Below, in pieces: positions 57,407 to 64,000 of a DNA stretch of 64,000 nucleotides. The DNA is from Nitrososphaeria archaeon (lineage in GTDB: Archaea; Thermoproteota; Nitrososphaeria; Nitrososphaerales; JANXEG01). The stretch spans positions 130,906 to 194,905 of the forward strand of contig JARVKA010000004.1 of assembly GCA_029775915.1 (NCBI GenBank). Reading direction: 5' to 3'. The notes under the pieces were generated by a model. That model was not told the DNA's origin, made no database searches, and was given only the letters and a program-made list of their open reading frames with translations. Position 1 is the stretch's first letter. Each line of letters begins with the position of its first letter. The position numbers were made by a program, and so were the translations under genes.

Positions 57407-58693
57407 ATGAGGATTCGCTTCCCTCCAGAATGGGGCATTGAACCCGTTCCCAATAATTATCGATACTTGAGGTTTATCGATTACTTTGTTTTATGGACAA
57501 GTTTGGGTAAAGGCTTGCTCGTTTTTTGGGCTGGCTCACTCTTAGTGCCCCAATTGGATCTTGGAATTGCACTTATTGTAATAATTCTTGGGAGTATTAT
57601 AGGGTCTTTACCTTTAGCCCTTGTTGGGATTATAGGCAGTGATAACGCAATACCAACTATGGTTATGTTAAGACCATCATTTGGTATTTATGGCTCATAC
57701 CTACCCAGCATTCTTAATATTATTCAACTCATAGGATGGACCGTATTTGAGATAGTGGTAATGGCTTTAGCAGCGAATAATGTCACGCAAAGTCTTTTTG
57801 GTTATTCTAACTTTTATTTGTGGGTTTTAATCTTCGCTATTTTTTGTGTATTAATGGGTATTGTAGGACCTATCGCAGTAGTAAGAGAGTGGTTAGAAAA
57901 ATTTGCAGTTTGGATTTTATATGGCGCTACGATATGGATCGCTTACTCAGCTTTAATTACACGCAACTTTTTAGATTTGCTCACATTACCAGCTAAAGGA
58001 GGGTTGCCATTACTCCTCGCTATGGATATAGTTATAGCTATGCCAATATCTTGGATGCCTCTCATATCCGATTACAATCGATTCGCTCACAACTCTAAAG
58101 AGGGTTTTTGGGGCACGTTCATTGGTTACGTAATAGCTAATGTACTTGGATACGGTGTTGGTGCAATTTTAATTCTTTCAATGGGTACAACGGATGTAGT
58201 TTCAGCGATTATGCTCGTTCAATTGGGAGCTTTAACCTTGATATTAATATTGATTTATGAAGTTGATAATGGGTTTGCAGATTTATACTCTGCTGCGGTA
58301 TCGATTCAAAATCTTTTACCAAGATTGAAGCAACGCTTATTAATAATATCGATTGGAGGCTTAAGTGCGATTCTTGCTATGCTGATTGGTGAGAATATTT
58401 ACCATTATGAGTGGTTTCTCCTTTGGATAGGTTCGGTCTTCGTTCCAATATTCGGTGTGACATTCATCGATTACTTTATTTTAAATAAGAGAAGATACGA
58501 TGTTCAAATGATTTATAATCCTAAAGGCGCTTACAAATATCGAGGCGGGGTTAATATTAAAGCTATTGTGGCTTGGAGCATGGGTGTAATAATTTATTAC
58601 TTAATCGTTTGGTATGCTCCATGGTTAGGAGCATCGATACCAAGCTTATTAACCTCAGCTTTCACCTATTGGATTTTAAACAAATTGGTTTGA
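57407..58693 (+). CDS. cytX: NCS1-family permease, CytX-like (predicted hydroxymethylpyrimidine transporter)
   Basis: 428 aa with about 12 TM segments, the cytosine/purine/thiamine-permease family pattern and a thiamine gene context. Confidence 0.68.
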   Translation: MRIRFPPEWGIEPVPNNYRYLRFIDYFVLWTSLGKGLLVFWAGSLLVPQLDLGIALIVIILGSIIGSLPLALVGIIGSDNAIPTMVMLRPSFGIYGSYLPSILNIIQLIGWTVFEIVVMALAANNVTQSLFGYSNFYLWVLIFAIFCVLMGIVGPIAVVREWLEKFAVWILYGATIWIAYSALITRNFLDLLTLPAKGGLPLLLAMDIVIAMPISWMPLISDYNRFAHNSKEGFWGTFIGYVIANVLGYGVGAILILSMGTTDVVSAIMLVQLGALTLILILIYEVDNGFADLYSAAVSIQNLLPRLKQRLLIISIGGLSAILAMLIGENIYHYEWFLLWIGSVFVPIFGVTFIDYFILNKRRYDVQMIYNPKGAYKYRGGVNIKAIVAWSMGVIIYYLIVWYAPWLGASIPSLLTSAFTYWILNKLV

Positions 58694-58788
58694 TTAAATA
58701 TTAAATCAGCATCATGTATTTAGGAAAATTTTGAATGCTAAAGCATAAAATCATATAGCGCAAAAACATTAAGAACTAAAGGTTAGAA

Positions 58789-61700
58789 TTAGGAATTTGA
58801 TTTAACCATTTGTTGGAGATTAAATACTTTTAATTTGTTATGATAATAATTCAAAGAATTTACAGATATTCGTTCTTTTCTCATAACCTCAATAGCTTCT
58901 ATCATAGCTTTTGCCGCTTGCATAGTAGTAATATATGGTATTCGATAATCAATCGCTGCTCTTCTAATTTTATATCCATCTCTTGCAGGATCTCTTCCTA
59001 CACTCGGTGTATTAATTACTAAACATACATCACCCCTTCGAATATAATCGATTATATTTGGAGAGCCTTCACTCACCTTTTTTACAATCTTTGCATCAAT
59101 ATTAGCCTCCATCAAAGCTTTTGCAGTACCCTCTGTTGCCAATATTTCAAAACCGAGCTCTTTTAACTTTTTACCAATCTCTTGAATATTTTTTACACCA
59201 TCTTTGCGACTAATACTTAAGAATATCCTCCCGCTCAATGGGAGATTATTATTAGCGGCTAATTGGGATTTATAATAAGCTCTACCAAAATCCTCATCAA
59301 TACCCATAACCTCACCAGTGGACTTCATCTCTGGTCCAAGAATAGGATCTACACCCGGTAATTTAGCAAAAGGAAAGACCGATTCCTTAACAGCAGTATA
59401 ATTAATCATTACTTCATTCTCCAAATTCATACTCTTTAATGTATGACCGAGCATAATCTTTGTAGCTACTTTAGCTAATGGTATTCCTATAGCCTTACTA
59501 ACGAATGGTATCGTTCTTGAGGCTCTCGGATTTACCTCTAATACGTATACATCATCATCCTTCACCGCATATTGAATATTCATCAACCCGATAATTCTCA
59601 ACTCTTTTGCTAATCGCCTTGTATAATCCTTTATGAGTGATAAAGCTTTTGGAGAGAGAGTTTTTGAAGGTATTACCATCGCTGCATCGCCAGAATGCAC
59701 ACCAGCCATTTCAATATGCTCTAAAATTCCACCTATAAATACATCATTTCCATCAGCTACCGCATCTACATCAACTTCAATCGCATTTTGAAGGAATTTA
59801 TCGATCAATAAAGGATGCTCACCTGAAACTTTAATAGCCTCATCTATATACCTTCGTAACTCATCTTCATCATTGATCAATGCCATAGCTCTACCACTTA
59901 ATACATAAGATGGGCGAATGAGTATTGGATAGCCAAGCTCTTTAGCAACTTTTATCGCATCCTCCTTTGATGTTACAGCAGCACCTTTAGGTTGAGGTAT
60001 ATCTAAAGAGTTGAGGAGTTTATTAAACTTCTCTCTATCCTCAGTCTTATCTATATCTTCAGCCGATGTTCCAAGAATATTCACACCAGCCCTCTTTAAT
60101 TGTAAAGCAAGATTTATGGGGGTTTGACCGCCAAATTGCAATATTACACCATCGGGCTTCTCTTTCTCAATAACATTCATTACATCCTCAAAGGTTAAAG
60201 GTTCGAAGTAGAGCTTGTCAGACATATCGAAATCCGTACTAACGGTCTCGGGATTATTGTTAATGATGATAGATTCTATACCCTCCTCTCTTAACGCCAT
60301 GGAAGCATGAACACAACAATAATCAAACTCTATACCTTGACCAATCCTTATTGGACCACTACCAATTATCACTACCTTTTTCCGCTTACTAACAATTATC
60401 TCATCTTCACCATTATAAGTTGAGTAATAATAAGGGGTTTTTGCCTCAAATTCTGCTGCACAAGTATCAACCATTTTGAAGCTCGCTTTAATATTGAGGC
60501 TCTTTCTCAAATTCCTCACATCTTCTTCCCTCATGCCAGTGATATGAGCTATTTGTAAATCTGAAAAACCGAGCTTCTTTGCTTCTTTAATTAAATAACT
60601 CAACTCATCCTTTGATTTAGCTTTGCGAAGCTTTTCCTCCATCTTCACAATATTCAAGATTTTATTCAAAAACCAAAGGTCTATAGATGTGATTTTATTA
60701 ATCTCCTCTGGTGTCCAACCCATTTTTAAAGCTTTATAAATGTAAAAGATTCTTTTATCAGTTGGATATTTTAACATTCTATAAATCTCCTCTTTACTCG
60801 CATCAAAATCTACACTTAAATGGGGCATACCAATTTCAAGAGATCTTATCGCTTTTTGAAGCGCTTCTTCAAATGTTCTACCTATAGCCATAACCTCACC
60901 AGTGGATTTCATTTGAGTCCCTATTGTTTGATCAGCCTCTACAAATTTATCGAAAGGCCATCGAGGAATCTTTATAACAACATAATCGAGAGTGGGTTCG
61001 AAGAATGCAAAAGTTTCACCTGTGACACGATTTCTTATCTCATCAAGAGATAAGCCTAAAGCTATTTTTGCAGCAACTCTTGCTATAGGATAACCTGTAG
61101 CTTTCGATGCAAGGGCAGAGCTTCTACTCGCTCTTGGATTCACCTCTATTACCAAATATTCAAAATTATCTGGCTTAACTGCAAATTGTATATTGCAAGC
61201 ACCTTCAATCTTTAAAGCTCTAATGATTTTTATAGCAGCAGCACGAAGAGCTTGATGTTCCTCATCGGTAAGTGTTTGTGCAGGTGCTACTACAATACTC
61301 TCGCCCGTATGGATCCCCATAGGATCGATATTCTCCATATTACAAACTGTGATACAATTATCATAAGAATCTCTCATCACCTCATACTCAATCTCTTTCC
61401 ATCCTAACACACACTCATCCAATGCTACCTTATTATTCATACTCAATTCCAAGCCTTTTTTAACGATCTTTATTAATTCATCCTCATTCCAAGCTACACC
61501 AGAACCTGTACCACCGAGGCAATAACTAGGTCTGCAAAGAATTGGATAGCGCCCAATGTAATTCACAGCATCCAAAGCTTCATTTACAGATCCCACTTCT
61601 ATACTTTTAGGGATAGGTTCCCCTATACTTTTTAAGAATTCATTAAAGAGCTTTCGATCTTCGGCATACATAATCGATTCAACACTAGTTCCAATTACTT

Positions 61701-62040
61701 TAACTCCATACTCATCCAATACACCCATCTCTTTCAACTTAACCGCTAAATTGAGACCTGTTTGACCACCCATAGTTGGTAATAAACCATCAGGTCTTTC
61801 TTTCCTTATTATCTCAGCAATAATTTCTGGTGTTAATGGCTCAATATAAACTACATCAGCCACATCGGTATCGGTTTGAATTGTAGCTGGATTTGAGTTA
61901 ACGAGAATTACCTTCACACCCTCTTCTTTAAGAGAGCGACATGCTTGAGAACCTGAATAATCAAACTCAGCCGCTTGGCCAATAATTATAGGGCCTGAGC
62001 CTATAACTAAAACACTTTTTATATCATTCCTTTTTGGCAT
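58789..62040 (-). CDS. carB: Carbamoyl-phosphate synthase large subunit
   Basis: 1083 aa with duplicated ATP-grasp halves (VLVIGSGPIIIGQAAEFDYSG / VVIIGSGPIRIGQGIEFDYC) and an MGS-like C-terminal domain. Confidence 0.96.
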   Translation of the reverse strand: MPKRNDIKSVLVIGSGPIIIGQAAEFDYSGSQACRSLKEEGVKVILVNSNPATIQTDTDVADVVYIEPLTPEIIAEIIRKERPDGLLPTMGGQTGLNLAVKLKEMGVLDEYGVKVIGTSVESIMYAEDRKLFNEFLKSIGEPIPKSIEVGSVNEALDAVNYIGRYPILCRPSYCLGGTGSGVAWNEDELIKIVKKGLELSMNNKVALDECVLGWKEIEYEVMRDSYDNCITVCNMENIDPMGIHTGESIVVAPAQTLTDEEHQALRAAAIKIIRALKIEGACNIQFAVKPDNFEYLVIEVNPRASRSSALASKATGYPIARVAAKIALGLSLDEIRNRVTGETFAFFEPTLDYVVIKIPRWPFDKFVEADQTIGTQMKSTGEVMAIGRTFEEALQKAIRSLEIGMPHLSVDFDASKEEIYRMLKYPTDKRIFYIYKALKMGWTPEEINKITSIDLWFLNKILNIVKMEEKLRKAKSKDELSYLIKEAKKLGFSDLQIAHITGMREEDVRNLRKSLNIKASFKMVDTCAAEFEAKTPYYYSTYNGEDEIIVSKRKKVVIIGSGPIRIGQGIEFDYCCVHASMALREEGIESIIINNNPETVSTDFDMSDKLYFEPLTFEDVMNVIEKEKPDGVILQFGGQTPINLALQLKRAGVNILGTSAEDIDKTEDREKFNKLLNSLDIPQPKGAAVTSKEDAIKVAKELGYPILIRPSYVLSGRAMALINDEDELRRYIDEAIKVSGEHPLLIDKFLQNAIEVDVDAVADGNDVFIGGILEHIEMAGVHSGDAAMVIPSKTLSPKALSLIKDYTRRLAKELRIIGLMNIQYAVKDDDVYVLEVNPRASRTIPFVSKAIGIPLAKVATKIMLGHTLKSMNLENEVMINYTAVKESVFPFAKLPGVDPILGPEMKSTGEVMGIDEDFGRAYYKSQLAANNNLPLSGRIFLSISRKDGVKNIQEIGKKLKELGFEILATEGTAKALMEANIDAKIVKKVSEGSPNIIDYIRRGDVCLVINTPSVGRDPARDGYKIRRAAIDYRIPYITTMQAAKAMIEAIEVMRKERISVNSLNYYHNKLKVFNLQQMVKSNS

Positions 62041-62050
62041 AAAGATTGCC

Positions 62051-63136
62051 TCAATACTCCCTTAACCAACTCAAGAAGATATCAAATACATATTCAGCAT
62101 CTCTCGGTCCCGAATGGCCTTCAGGATGGTATTGTGTAGAAATTATTGGTAATTCTTCATGTATAAGCCCTTCAACCGTTTGATCATTCACATTGATTGA
62201 TGAGATTTTAAATCCCGTCCCATTCAAACTCAAAGGATCTACAGCAAATCCATGATTTTGGGATGTAATATACAATTTATTTGTGATTAAATCTTTAACT
62301 GGATGATTAATACCACGATGGCCAAACTTCATTTTATAAGTTTTAGCACCAGTTGCTAAAGCGAGAATTTGATGACCAAGGCAAATACCTAGTAAAGGTA
62401 ATTTACCAATTAATTTTCTAACGGTATTTATCACATAATCTACACGAATTGGGTCTCCCGGCCCATTAGATATAACTACACCATCAGGATCGTATCCAAT
62501 AATCTCTTCATAACTTGTATTAGCCGGTACTATTATGATATTCACCCCACGCTTAATGAGCGCATTTATGATGCTTCTCTTTACACCACAATCAATAAGC
62601 ACCACCTCATACTTGCCTTTTACATCAATCCTCTTCACACCCTTCGTTGTAACCTCTGATACTAAGTCTATCTCTGATGTGGATCGTTGATTACGAGTCT
62701 TTATCAACACCTCATCAAGATTTGGAGGGTTATTAGTGTAAGTAATGAGTGCGCTCTTCATCACACCATACTTACGAATCTTTATAGTAAGCGCTCTTGT
62801 ATCCACACCTTCAATCGCTGGAATCTTATAATCGCTCAAAAATTTATGAATCGTTTTCATAGATCGATAATGTGAAGGTATTTCACAAGCTTCCATAACC
62901 ACAAAACCTTCTACTTGGATTCTTTCAGATTGAAAGCTAGATTCATGAATTCCATAATTCCCTATAAGAGGGTAAGTCATGATTAAGATTTGTCCATTAT
63001 AGGATGGATCCGTGAGCGCTTCTTCATAACCCGTCATAGCTGTACAAAATACAGCCTCACCATAAGCCTCACCTTCAGCTCCAAAGCCTTTACCATAAAA
63101 GATGCTCCCATCTTCTAATACGAAAATGCCCTTCAT
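62051..63136 (-). CDS. carA: Carbamoyl-phosphate synthase small (glutaminase) subunit
   Basis: GATase triad context (GICLGHQ, HPEG) with a CPSase small-subunit N-terminal domain. It lies 10 nt upstream of carB. Confidence 0.95.
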   Translation of the reverse strand: MKGIFVLEDGSIFYGKGFGAEGEAYGEAVFCTAMTGYEEALTDPSYNGQILIMTYPLIGNYGIHESSFQSERIQVEGFVVMEACEIPSHYRSMKTIHKFLSDYKIPAIEGVDTRALTIKIRKYGVMKSALITYTNNPPNLDEVLIKTRNQRSTSEIDLVSEVTTKGVKRIDVKGKYEVVLIDCGVKRSIINALIKRGVNIIIVPANTSYEEIIGYDPDGVVISNGPGDPIRVDYVINTVRKLIGKLPLLGICLGHQILALATGAKTYKMKFGHRGINHPVKDLITNKLYITSQNHGFAVDPLSLNGTGFKISSINVNDQTVEGLIHEELPIISTQYHPEGHSGPRDAEYVFDIFLSWLREY

Positions 63137-63758
63137 TTTATTTTGATGATCATTAAGTTTTGTTAAAGTAAACCCTCCTCAAGGATAGGAGGAGAAGTTT
63201 AAATATTTTTCGGTAATTCTTTTTGTTTAACAAAAAATAAACAAAAATTCACTAATGCATCTTATTCAAGATACATATAGTTAAGCTATAGTTGAAAAGG
63301 TATTTGGATGGTTTGACTCTCAAAGCAATTGCTACAATATCAAAAAGTATTATCATGTTTGGATTGGAGATAATCTTTTAAAGATGTTTAGTGATGGTAT
63401 GAATGAGAGATCTTGCCATTGATCATACTTATTGATATTCGTGAAGCATTTATGATCGTTATAGTTGTTGTGCTTCTCTTACTAATCCTACCATCCTTAA
63501 TCAAATGGTTGCGAAGAATTTATGAGTAAATGATAATTTACAATAATTGTAAACATGTTTGCTTATTTTAAAGATTCGCTATTAAGAAGCTTTATTAATT
63601 TTGAAGAGTGGTGTTAAAAGGTTTTGTTAAGAATTATAAAAACAAAGTGGTCTTGCCAAAATAGTCACTCATGAAAGATGGCGAAAATTCTTATTCAAAG
63701 AATATTTTATCTTTTTATTTGCTTTATTTTAAATTTTGATAATCGAGGTGTTTAGTGA

Positions 63759-64000
63759 ATGTGGTTTAGATGTGGCATTGATGAATGGCATTTAGATTGT
63801 TTAGCGGGTGGAGAGATTAACCTAAAAGAGAGCAAGGTGATAAAGAGAGATCATGATTTTATAGCATCTGTAAAAAGAAAAAATGACAAGTTAGAGCTTT
63901 TAATACCTCCCAATTACACCAAAGTATTTGATTCGATTAAAGCATTAAATGATTATTTAAAAGCTTTGGGTTTAGAAGAAATAAATCTACCAGATTTATA
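63759..64000 (+). CDS. Hypothetical protein; partial, continues beyond the window
   Basis: My own reading gives an ATG at 63759 preceded by GAGGTG (63745-63750). The frame is open to the window end (MWFRCGIDEWHLDCLAGGEINLKESKVIKRDHDF...). No family recognised. Confidence 0.35.
   Translation, partial: MWFRCGIDEWHLDCLAGGEINLKESKVIKRDHDFIASVKRKNDKLELLIPPNYTKVFDSIKALNDYLKALGLEEINLPDL

Overview
An AT-rich archaeal chromosome segment, roughly one-third G+C by eye, that is mostly densely packed housekeeping genes. The archaeal assignment rests on a TATA-binding protein, an archaeal 16S/23S operon, spliced tRNA and rRNA introns, a short-form XPF nuclease and an SmAP3-like Sm protein. These point to a TACK/Thermoproteota-like and probably thermophilic organism, but I cannot name a genus.

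Main landmarks:
- A minus-strand 16S-23S rRNA operon (about 32.9-38.4 kb) is far more GC-rich than its surroundings. It has long flanking processing helices, no spacer tRNA and no linked 5S.
- The 23S carries a ~740-nt intron encoding a single-motif LAGLIDADG endonuclease, inserted at the 3' base of helix 69.
- A tRNA-Pro(GGG) carries an 18-nt intron at the non-canonical 29/30 position.
- Recognisable genes include smc-scpA-scpB, carAB, pyrG, glmS, tatC plus two tatA paralogs, tbp, a Lhr-type helicase, xpf and a stand-alone LigD-type 3'-phosphoesterase.
- Other clusters: the COG1900/NIL-ferredoxin/UPF0280 homocysteine-synthesis triad, a molybdenum-cofactor maturation cluster, sugar-nucleotide genes and heme O synthase.

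Most interesting loci, none of which can be proven novel from sequence alone:
1. A thiamine-salvage operon (ThiN-domain HTH regulator, ThiW, CytX) with an uncharacterised P-loop NTPase inside it and a palindromic divergent promoter.
2. A tight four-gene operon (cupin, unknown, CN-hydrolase, PreA-like flavo-FeS protein) next to the rRNA promoter.
3. A decayed ACD/GNAT (Pat-like) pseudogene.
4. A large surface protein with a (TP)n linker and an unusual Cys-led multi-TM anchor.

I found no CRISPR array, transposon or integrated element apart from the intron.
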